Positions 9,182-17,379 of a DNA stretch of 50,666 bases are shown one piece after another. Made by a program: the position numbers and the translations under genes. The DNA is from an uncultured Oscillospiraceae bacterium (GTDB lineage: Bacteria; Bacillota; Clostridia; Oscillospirales; Oscillospiraceae). Numbering within the stretch: the stretch's first letter is position 1; each line of letters begins with the position of its first letter. Below the pieces are notes generated by a model. The model was not told where the DNA came from. It was given only the letters and a program-made list of their open reading frames with translations, and made no database searches. Location of the stretch: contig CAYXVN010000001.1 in assembly GCA_964468565.1 (NCBI GenBank), positions 1 to 50,666 on the forward strand, written 5' to 3'.

Positions 9182-9235
9182 TTCAAAGAAAATTCAAACT
9201 TCTTTCAGTGTGGTTTCAGCCTGGCGGACTACAAT
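9182..9235 (+). promoter_or_regulatory. Candidate response-regulator-activated promoter of Gld-like ABC operon
   Basis: TTCA at 9182, 9193, 9204, 9215 (11-bp period); TTTCAG-TGTGG-TTTCAGC-N9-TACAAT. Confidence 0.75.
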
Positions 9236-9261
9236 GGGGGAGCAAAAGGGAGGTTATCGGA

Positions 9262-10239
9262 ATGATCCAAGTTGAGCACCTGACCAAGTACTACGGGGAT
9301 TTCCTGGCGGTCAGTGACCTGTGCTTTGAGATCGGGGAGGGCCACGTCTATGGCTTCCTGGGTCCCAACGGGGCAGGGAAGTCCACAACCATGAACATCA
9401 TGACGGGGTGCCTGTCCGCCACGGAGGGGCACGTGCGGATTGACGGATTTGATATTTTTGAGCAGCCGAAGCAGGCCAAGAAGCGGATCGGCTACCTGCC
9501 GGAGCAGCCGCCCCTCTATGTGAATGAGACGCCGGAGGAGTACCTGCGTTTCGTGGGGGAGGCCAAGGGCCTGCGCAGGCAGGAACTGCGGGACCAGATC
9601 GAGGAGGTGATCGGCCAGACGGGAATTGAGAACGTGCGGAAGAAGCGGATCGCTGATCTGTCCAAGGGTTACCGGCAGCGGGTGGGCATTGCCCAGGCCC
9701 TGCTGGGCAATCCCGGCGTCATCATTCTGGACGAGCCCACCGTAGGTCTGGATCCCATCCAGATCATTGAGATCCGGGACCTGATTCAGGAGCTGGGCCG
9801 CACCCACACCGTGATTTTCAGTTCCCACATCCTCTCGGAGGTGCAGACCATCTGCGACCGCATTCTGATGATCGCCCACGGAAAACTGGTGGCCTTTGAT
9901 TCCCCGGAGAACCTGGAGATGCGGCTGATGGCCCCCAACGAGGTCAGTCTGGTGGCGGAGGCGGGCCTGGAGGAGACAGAGGCCATTCTGGCGGATCTCA
10001 CCGAGATCGCCGATGTGCAGGCGGAGGAGACGGAGCCCGGGCGCACCGGCGCCCACATCTCCCTCTCCTGCCCGGATGCCTATGAGGGTTCCCGGGCCAT
10101 CTTCTGCGCCTTTGCCCAGGCGGGAAGGCCTCTGCTGGAGCTGTCCGTGAAGCGGGCCAGCCTGGAGGAACTGTTCCTGGAACTGACGGAGCAGACGGAT
10201 GAGAACCCGGAGACGGAGCGCGAGGAGGTGCAGCCATGA
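9262..10239 (+). CDS. ABC transporter ATP-binding protein (GldA-like)
   Basis: GPNGAGKST, LSKGY, ILDEPT, SSH; ATG 9262 after GGGAGG. Confidence 0.92.
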   Translation: MIQVEHLTKYYGDFLAVSDLCFEIGEGHVYGFLGPNGAGKSTTMNIMTGCLSATEGHVRIDGFDIFEQPKQAKKRIGYLPEQPPLYVNETPEEYLRFVGEAKGLRRQELRDQIEEVIGQTGIENVRKKRIADLSKGYRQRVGIAQALLGNPGVIILDEPTVGLDPIQIIEIRDLIQELGRTHTVIFSSHILSEVQTICDRILMIAHGKLVAFDSPENLEMRLMAPNEVSLVAEAGLEETEAILADLTEIADVQAEETEPGRTGAHISLSCPDAYEGSRAIFCAFAQAGRPLLELSVKRASLEELFLELTEQTDENPETEREEVQP

Positions 10240-11099
10240 CCGCCGTACTGAAACATGAACTGAAGACCTATTTTCACTCCCTGACAGCCTATATTTTCGG
10301 GGCGTTTCTCCTGGTTGCCGTGGGGATCGGTGCCATGCTGTACAACATCAACGCGGCGGTGAGCAACTTCGAGTTTGTGCTCAGCTTCTGCGACCTGATC
10401 TTTGTGATCATTGTTCCCATTCTGACCATGCGGGTGCTGGCGGAGGAGCGGCGGCAGAAGACGGATCAGCTGCTCTACTCCCTGCCCATCACCACCACCC
10501 AGGTGATCCTGGGCAAGTATCTGGCCCTGCTGGTGGTCTATCTGGTGCCGCTGGTCATCATCAGCATCTATCCCCTGATCTTCCGCCGCTTCGGCGACGT
10601 CTATCTGCTGACGGCCTACGGCTCCCTGCTGGCCTTCTTCCTGATGGGCGCGGCCCTCATCGCCCTGGGGGTGTTCATCTCCTCCCTGACGGACAACCAG
10701 GGGTTCGCGGCGGGCATCGGGGTGGCGGTGATTCTCTTCAATTACTACTCCGTCAGCCTCTCGGAGTACGTCTCCACCACGGCCATGGGTTCCGTCATTG
10801 CCATGTGCGTGCTGATTCTCATTGTGGGGGTCCTGATCCGCACCATCACCGGCAGCGAGAATCTGGGCTACGGATTCTGCATCGTGGGAATTCTGGCGGT
10901 GGGTCTGGTGTTCTACCTGCGGGCAGACGATTTTGAGGGGCTGCTGCCCCAGATCATGTCCGCCCTGTCCCTGTTTGACCGCTTTCTCACCTTTGTGAAC
11001 GGGTCCTTTGATCTCACCTCCATCGTGTACTACCTGTCGGTGATTGTCCTGTTCCTGTTCCTGTCGGTGCAGTCTCTGGAGAAGAGGAGGTACAACTGA
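10236..11099 (+). CDS. ABC-2 type permease (GldF-like)
   Basis: PILTMRVLAEERRQKTDQLLYSLP...LGKY; multiple TM segments; ATGA overlap with upstream gene. Confidence 0.88.
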   Translation: MTAVLKHELKTYFHSLTAYIFGAFLLVAVGIGAMLYNINAAVSNFEFVLSFCDLIFVIIVPILTMRVLAEERRQKTDQLLYSLPITTTQVILGKYLALLVVYLVPLVIISIYPLIFRRFGDVYLLTAYGSLLAFFLMGAALIALGVFISSLTDNQGFAAGIGVAVILFNYYSVSLSEYVSTTAMGSVIAMCVLILIVGVLIRTITGSENLGYGFCIVGILAVGLVFYLRADDFEGLLPQIMSALSLFDRFLTFVNGSFDLTSIVYYLSVIVLFLFLSVQSLEKRRYN

Positions 11100-12559
11100 T
11101 GAAGTTTCAGGCGCGTTCCGGAGAGAAGAAGTCCCCATCGAAGAAGCCCGGGAGCAGCCGCCAGGCCCTCCGGGCCGGCAGCTACTCTCTGGTGATCTCC
11201 GCGGTGGTTGTGGCCATCGTGGTGGTGGTGAACATCTTCGTCTCCGCCCTCCCCATGTCCATGACCCACTTTGACATCAGTGCCTCCAAGCTCTACTCCA
11301 TCACCAGCAACACCAAGGTGGTGGTGAACGGCCTGCAGAAGGACGTGACCATCTACTGGATCGTGCAGGCGGATGAGGAGAATGCCGTGATTGAGAATCT
11401 GCTGGACAAGTACGAGAGCCTCTCGGATCACATTGAAGTGGTGAAGCGCAACCCGGACGTGTATCCCACCTTCGCCCAGCAGTATACGGACGAGGAGGTT
11501 GCCAACAACAGCCTGGTGGTGGAGTGCGGGGACCGCAGCCGCTACATTCCCTACAGCGACATCTATATCCAGGAGCCGGACATGTACTCCTACACCTACA
11601 ACACCTCCTTTGACGGGGAGGGTGCCATCACCTCCGCCATCGACTATGTGGTCAACTCCAAGCTGCCCCAGCTGTATGTGCTGGAGGGCCACGGGGAGAA
11701 GGAACTGCCCGAAGGCTTCCGGGATCAGGTGGAGAAGGAGAATGTGGAGATCCAGTCCCTGTCCCTGCTGACCACGGACTCCATTCCGGAGGAGGCCGCC
11801 TGCCTGATGATCTGGGCTCCCCAGAGTGACATCTCGGAAGAGGAGCGCAACATGCTGGCCGACTATACGAAAGACGGCGGCCGGCTGCTGGTGGTGGCGG
11901 GTCCCGCCCAGGAGGGAACCCTGACAAACCTCACCTCTCTTCTCACCGACTACGGCGTGGAGGTGTGCGACGGCATTGTGGTGGAGGCCGACCGGGGCCA
12001 TTTTGCCTCCCAGGAGCCCCTGCTTCTGCTGCCCGACCTGCAGAGCAGCGACATCACCGATGCCCTGATTGAGGAGAACTACCACGTGATGATGCCCGCC
12101 GCCCAGGGCCTGAACCTGGAACAGGCGGATGAATCCGTGACGGCGCTGCTGACCACCTCCGAGGCGGCCTACAGCAAGAAGGACGGCTACAGCATGACCA
12201 CCTATGAGAAGGAAGAGGGAGACCTGGAGGGGGCCTTTGTCACGGGGGTCTCCATCGACTGCGGAAATGAGGGCCGCATCGTCTGGTTCACCTCCTCCTA
12301 TTTCCTGGAGGATCAGTACAATGCCTATGCCTCCGGGGCCAACGGGGACCTGACCATGAACGCCATTGCCGCCATGGTGGGGGAGACGGAGGCCATGGCC
12401 ATCCGCAGCAAATCCCTGAACTACAATTACCTCACCATCAGCGATTCCGCCTCCACCTGGCTGAAGGTGGCCATGATCGGCGTCTTCCCCCTGGCCTACC
12501 TGGGCATCGGAATTGTCGTGGTTCTGAGAAGAAGGAGGCTGCAGCATGAATCGGTCTAG
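11099..12559 (+). CDS. GldG-family ABC auxiliary/substrate-binding component
   Basis: N-terminal TM, FDISASKLYSIT, FDGEGAITSAI, LEGHGE, PQSDIS, C-terminal TM followed by RRRR. Confidence 0.88.
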   Translation: MKFQARSGEKKSPSKKPGSSRQALRAGSYSLVISAVVVAIVVVVNIFVSALPMSMTHFDISASKLYSITSNTKVVVNGLQKDVTIYWIVQADEENAVIENLLDKYESLSDHIEVVKRNPDVYPTFAQQYTDEEVANNSLVVECGDRSRYIPYSDIYIQEPDMYSYTYNTSFDGEGAITSAIDYVVNSKLPQLYVLEGHGEKELPEGFRDQVEKENVEIQSLSLLTTDSIPEEAACLMIWAPQSDISEEERNMLADYTKDGGRLLVVAGPAQEGTLTNLTSLLTDYGVEVCDGIVVEADRGHFASQEPLLLLPDLQSSDITDALIEENYHVMMPAAQGLNLEQADESVTALLTTSEAAYSKKDGYSMTTYEKEEGDLEGAFVTGVSIDCGNEGRIVWFTSSYFLEDQYNAYASGANGDLTMNAIAAMVGETEAMAIRSKSLNYNYLTISDSASTWLKVAMIGVFPLAYLGIGIVVVLRRRRLQHESV

Positions 12560-13988
12560 GAAACTGATCCTTCTGGTGGGTGTCCTGGTGGTGGTCAGCA
12601 TTGCCGCCTTCGCCGCCCTGCACATGAAGGAGCGGAAGGAGGAGATCCGCACCAGCGGCGAAGTTGTGCTGGAGGTGGACCCGGACACCGTGGAGTCCCT
12701 CTCCTGGGAGGCCGATTCGGATCCCCTGTCCTTCCACCGGGACGGAGGCTGGGTCTACGACGAGGACGACGCCTTTCCCGTGGATGAGGAGAAGATCGGG
12801 GAACTGCTGGGGCAGTTCCAGTCCTTTGGCGCCGCCTTTGTCATTGAAAACGTGGAGGACCCGGGCCAGTACGGTCTGGATGATCCCTCCTGCACGATTC
12901 ACATGAAGACCGCCGACCGGGAGTATGAGATTCTGCTGGGGGACTTCTCCAGCATGGATTCCCAGCGGTACGTCTCCATCGGAGACGGCAATGTCTATCT
13001 GGCGGCCACGGATCCCATGGATGCCTTTGATGCCACCCTGCGGGAGGTGATCGACAACGATGAGACCCCGGATGTGGACGAGGTGAAGACCATGGAGTTC
13101 GGCGGAGTGGACTCCTGGAAGGCTGAGAGGCAGGAGGAGAACACCCTCACCATCTGCGGGGAGGACCGCTACTTCACCCAGCAGGAAGGGGTGACGCTGC
13201 CTCTGGACAGCGGACGGGTGGGCACCCTTCTGGGGGACATCGCCTCCCTGGATCTGACCAACTACGTGACCTACAAGGTGACGGAGGAGGAACTGGCCAC
13301 CTATGGGCTGGACCATCCGGAGCGGACCATCACCCTCACCTACTCCACAGAGGGGGAGGACGGCCAGGAGACGGAGGAGACCTTCACCCTGGCCGTGAGC
13401 CGGGATCCGGATGAGCAGGCCAGTGCCGGGGAAGAGAGCGGGGGAGACACCTCCCAGCAGTCGGACAGCAGCGGGGAGACAGAGGACACCGAGGAGATCA
13501 ATGCCTTTGTGCGGGTGGGGGATTCCCCCATCGTCTACCAGGTGACCGGAGTGGACTATGTGGCCCTGATGGATTCCTCCTTTGACGATCTCCGCCACCG
13601 GGAGATGTTTTCCGGGGATACGGAGGAGATCACCTCCATCGACGTGACCCTGGAGGGTAGCAGTTACACCATTACCCCGGAGGGGAGCGGGGAGGACCGG
13701 ACCTGGAAGTACGGCGAAGAGGAGACGGAGGCAGATGATCTGACGCAGGCCCTGACCGGTCTGACCGCAGACACCTTCACCACGGAAAAGCCCACCCAGA
13801 AGGAGGAGATCGCCCTCACCATCCATCTGGACAACGACAATGCCGATCAGCTGAGCCTGACCCTCTACCGCTACGACGGCAGTCGCTGCCTGTGCCAGGC
13901 GGACGGCAGATCCGTCTGTCTGGTGCCCCGTTCCCAGGCGGTGTCCCTCATTGAGGCGGTCAACGCCATTGTGCTGAACGCAGCGTAA
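12546..13988 (+). CDS. DUF4340 domain membrane-anchored protein (repeated domains, very acidic)
   Basis: N-terminal TM; repeated YGLD[DH]P motifs; position after GldG-like gene. Confidence 0.82.
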   Translation: MNRSRKLILLVGVLVVVSIAAFAALHMKERKEEIRTSGEVVLEVDPDTVESLSWEADSDPLSFHRDGGWVYDEDDAFPVDEEKIGELLGQFQSFGAAFVIENVEDPGQYGLDDPSCTIHMKTADREYEILLGDFSSMDSQRYVSIGDGNVYLAATDPMDAFDATLREVIDNDETPDVDEVKTMEFGGVDSWKAERQEENTLTICGEDRYFTQQEGVTLPLDSGRVGTLLGDIASLDLTNYVTYKVTEEELATYGLDHPERTITLTYSTEGEDGQETEETFTLAVSRDPDEQASAGEESGGDTSQQSDSSGETEDTEEINAFVRVGDSPIVYQVTGVDYVALMDSSFDDLRHREMFSGDTEEITSIDVTLEGSSYTITPEGSGEDRTWKYGEEETEADDLTQALTGLTADTFTTEKPTQKEEIALTIHLDNDNADQLSLTLYRYDGSRCLCQADGRSVCLVPRSQAVSLIEAVNAIVLNAA

Positions 13989-14004
13989 GCCTGAAGACAA
14001 AAGT

Positions 14005-14036
14005 GCCCCCGGCCCATCCGGTGCCGGGGGCTTTTT
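14005..14036 (+). terminator. Intrinsic terminator of ABC operon
   Basis: GCCCCCGGC-loop-GCCGGGGGC-TTTTT. Confidence 0.8.
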
Positions 14037-14294
14037 CAGTCTGTTTTCAGGCCATGCCCCTGAAGGCGGAAGGAGGGCTCCGACAGGGATGGGCCCCAGC
14101 CGGGGATGACAGGGGGTGGGGACAGGTGTGATCTGGTCCCGGCTGCTTGCAGCAGATTGGCCCTTTGAGAGATTGACAGAAGGATGGACCGGAACCGCAC
14201 CGTCCGGGGTTTACGAGAACCGGCGGGGGAGGGGCCGGGACCGTCCCTGCCGGCACACGGCGCCTGGGCTTTTTGCCAGACGGGGTGAAAAGTC

Positions 14295-14323
14295 TTGCAG
14301 TTCATTCCAGAATATGCTATTAT
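14295..14323 (+). promoter_or_regulatory. SigA-type promoter of cls operon
   Basis: TTGCAG-17 bp-TATTAT with TG extended -10. Confidence 0.6.
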
Positions 14324-14507
14324 GGACAAAACCACGGGAAGGGGGCAGATCTCCGGGAACATGTCCCCGGACTGTCCTGTCCCGGATCCCCTCCGGCTGG
14401 CGGGGAGACTCTGCGGTTCCGGAGGAGGGACCTGCCCTGACCGGTTTTGTCTGCTGCATGCCCTGACTGAAATACTGCGGACTTTAGAGAGAAAGGATGG
14501 ATGGTAT

Positions 14508-16088
14508 TTGGAAAACCGATTGTCCGAGGAGGGACTGCGTCTGGTCAAGCAGGGGAAAAAAGGACTCATTCACATCCTCTTCAGCCGGGTCGGCATCATG
14601 CTGGTGCTGATCGTTCTCCAGGCCCTGCTTCTCTTCAGCCTGTTCCAGTCCTTTGCAGAATTTCTGCCCCATATCCTGGGCGGCACCGCGCTGTTCACCT
14701 TTGGTATGGCCCTGTATCTGATCAACAGCCGCATGGACCCCTCGGCCAAGATCTCCTGGCTTATTGTCATCCTCATCGTGCCGGTTTTCGGGGCCCTCTT
14801 TTTCTGGTATACCCAGAGCGAAGTGGGGCACCGGGCGGTGAAAAAGCGGGTGGAGGTCATCCAGGACAAGACCCGGAACTGCCTGGCCCAGAATCCGGAG
14901 GTCATGGACGCTCTGCAGCAGGAGAATCCGGGGGAGGCCTCTCTGGTCCGCTATCTGCAGCGGGCAGGGGATTTCCCCGTCTACCGGGACACCCGGGTAA
15001 CCTATTTTCCTCTGGGTGAGGACAAGTTCAATGCCCTGCTGCCCGAGCTGGAGAAGGCGGAGCACTACATCTTCCTGGAATACTTCATCGTGGAGGAGGG
15101 TGTCATGTGGGGCAGGATCCTGGAGATTCTGGCCCGCAAGGCGGCCCAGGGTGTGGATGTGCGGCTCATGTATGACGGCACCTGCGAATTTTCCCTTCTG
15201 CCCCACAACTACCCCGATAAACTGAAGGAGATCGGCATTCAGTGCAAGATGTTTGCCCCCATGTCGCCCTTCCTCTCCACCCACTACAACTACCGGGATC
15301 ACCGGAAGATCCTGGTCATTGACGGCCACACCGCCTTCACCGGCGGGGTAAACCTGGCGGACGAATACATCAATGTCAAGGAGCGGTTCGGCCACTGGAA
15401 GGATACCGCCATCATGGTGCAGGGCGAGGCGGCGCGCAGCATGACGCTCATGTTCCTGCAGATGTGGAACATTGATGAGCGCACAGCGGAATACGACCGC
15501 TTCCTGAACCTGAACCTGCCCCTGCCCTCCACCGGGGGAAGCGGCTATGTGATCCCCTACGGCGACTGTCCCCTGGACCGGGAGCGTGTGGGAGAGTGGG
15601 TGTACATGGACATTCTCAACCGGGCGGTGCGCTATGTGCACATCATGACGCCCTACCTGATTCTGGACGGAGAGATGGAGACCGCCCTTAAATTTGCCGC
15701 CGAACGGGGGGTGGACGTGCGGCTCATTCTCCCCGGCATCCCGGACAAGCCTCTCCCCTACGCCCTGGCCAAGACCCACTACCGCTCCCTGCTGGATTCC
15801 GGTGTCAAGGTCTACGAGTACACGCCGGGCTTTGTCCACGCCAAGGTTTTCGTCAGCGATGACTGCCGGGCGGTGGTGGGGACCATCAATCTGGATTACC
15901 GCAGTCTCTATCACCACTTCGAGTGTGCCGCCTATATGTACCGGACGGACTGCATCGGGGAGATTGAGAAGGACTTCCAGGATACCATGCAGAAGTGCCG
16001 GACGGTGACGGAACAGACCGTCCGGGAGGAGAAGCTGAGGGTGAAGGCCACCGGGGCCGTGCTGAAAGTCGTGGCACCTCTGCTTTGA
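14508..16088 (+). CDS. cls: Cardiolipin synthase
   Basis: Two HKD motifs (HRKILVID...GGVN; HAKVFVSD...GTIN), N-terminal TMs; start probably TTG 14508 after AGAAAGGA (exact start uncertain). Confidence 0.92.
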   Translation: MENRLSEEGLRLVKQGKKGLIHILFSRVGIMLVLIVLQALLLFSLFQSFAEFLPHILGGTALFTFGMALYLINSRMDPSAKISWLIVILIVPVFGALFFWYTQSEVGHRAVKKRVEVIQDKTRNCLAQNPEVMDALQQENPGEASLVRYLQRAGDFPVYRDTRVTYFPLGEDKFNALLPELEKAEHYIFLEYFIVEEGVMWGRILEILARKAAQGVDVRLMYDGTCEFSLLPHNYPDKLKEIGIQCKMFAPMSPFLSTHYNYRDHRKILVIDGHTAFTGGVNLADEYINVKERFGHWKDTAIMVQGEAARSMTLMFLQMWNIDERTAEYDRFLNLNLPLPSTGGSGYVIPYGDCPLDRERVGEWVYMDILNRAVRYVHIMTPYLILDGEMETALKFAAERGVDVRLILPGIPDKPLPYALAKTHYRSLLDSGVKVYEYTPGFVHAKVFVSDDCRAVVGTINLDYRSLYHHFECAAYMYRTDCIGEIEKDFQDTMQKCRTVTEQTVREEKLRVKATGAVLKVVAPLL

Positions 16089-16122
16089 TGCCCAAAGTAG
16101 AAGCACAAGGAGGGAATCCTGA

Positions 16123-17379
16123 ATGAAGAATGAACGCGATTTCCTGTTCCGGTGTGGTCTGACCCTGTTCGGGGCAGCCGCCGGTGCCATTTTGTTTTTC
16201 TTTATCCTGTTTCGCTTTTCCGCCATCAGCGACTTCTTCGGTGTTCTGCTCTCGGCCCTGCAGCCGCTGATCTGGGGCATCGCACTGGCCTATCTCCTGA
16301 TGCCCGTGGCGAAGGGACTGGAGAAGCTGCTGAAAAAGGTGCCGGGCGTGAAGAAAATCGCCCGCCTGCTCTCTGCCCTGCTGACCATCGTGGTGGCCTT
16401 TGTGGTGCTGGGGGTGTTCTGTGCCATGCTGCTGCCCCAGCTGGTGGACAGCGTCAGCGGACTGGTGCAGGATCTGCCCGGTCTGGTGGAGACCCAGATC
16501 AAGCGGCTGAGCAGCTACCTGGAGAACAACGACGAGGCGGCTGCCACCGTGCTGCAGATGATTACCTCCGCAGAGAACTACCTGGTGGAGTGGTTCAAGA
16601 ACAACATGCTCTCCACCATCACTTCCCTGGCCAGCCGGGTGCTGTCCATCGGATCCATGGTGATCAATCTGGTGGTGGCGGTCATTGTGTCCATCTACCT
16701 GCTTCTGGACCGGGAGCGCTACCTGGGTCAGCTGCGCAAGCTGTTTTATGCCGTCAGCCACAACCGGACCTTTAACACGGCAGTCATGGAGGCCGCACAC
16801 CAGACCAACCTGATCTTCAGCGGCTTCATCCGCGGCAAGCTGGTGGACTCCTTCATTGTAGGAGTGATCTGCTTCGTCGGCCTGAGTCTGCTGAAAATGC
16901 CCTACACCCTGGTCATCAGCGTCATTGTGGGGGTGACGAACATCATTCCCATGTTCGGACCCTTCATCGGCGCAGTGCCCAGTGCCTTTCTGCTGCTGCT
17001 GGTCAGCCCGGCCAAATGTGTGATTTTCCTCATCTTCATCATCCTGCTGCAGCAGGTGGACGGCAATATTCTGGGTCCCCGCATTCTGGGGAACTCCACC
17101 GGTCTTTCCGCCCTCTATGTTACGGTTGCCATGCTGATTTTCGGCAAGCTGCTGGGATTTTTGGGCATGCTCATCGGTGTGCCTCTCTTTGCCACCCTCT
17201 ACTATCTCGTCAAACGGCTGGCAGAGCACTCTCTGAGGAGGCAGAATCTGCCCACCGCAACGGAGGACTACGAGGACCGGGGGCCGGACGGAGACGTGAT
17301 ATGGAACTCCCCCGGTGTGCCGGAAGAAAACAGCGGGGTTGCCTTACATGCAGAGCAAGAGCCTGAAACGAAAGTTTGA
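16123..17379 (+). CDS. AI-2E family (PerM-like) transporter
   Basis: FIRGKLVDS, NIIPMFGPFIG, QQVDGNILGPRILG, GMLIGVP; AAGGAGG RBS. Confidence 0.9.
   Translation: MKNERDFLFRCGLTLFGAAAGAILFFFILFRFSAISDFFGVLLSALQPLIWGIALAYLLMPVAKGLEKLLKKVPGVKKIARLLSALLTIVVAFVVLGVFCAMLLPQLVDSVSGLVQDLPGLVETQIKRLSSYLENNDEAAATVLQMITSAENYLVEWFKNNMLSTITSLASRVLSIGSMVINLVVAVIVSIYLLLDRERYLGQLRKLFYAVSHNRTFNTAVMEAAHQTNLIFSGFIRGKLVDSFIVGVICFVGLSLLKMPYTLVISVIVGVTNIIPMFGPFIGAVPSAFLLLLVSPAKCVIFLIFIILLQQVDGNILGPRILGNSTGLSALYVTVAMLIFGKLLGFLGMLIGVPLFATLYYLVKRLAEHSLRRQNLPTATEDYEDRGPDGDVIWNSPGVPEENSGVALHAEQEPETKV

Noticed and set aside
9262-13988. Gliding motility function for the GldA/F/G-like genes
   Set aside because: No T9SS or gld motor genes and a monoderm host; the name reflects family similarity only.
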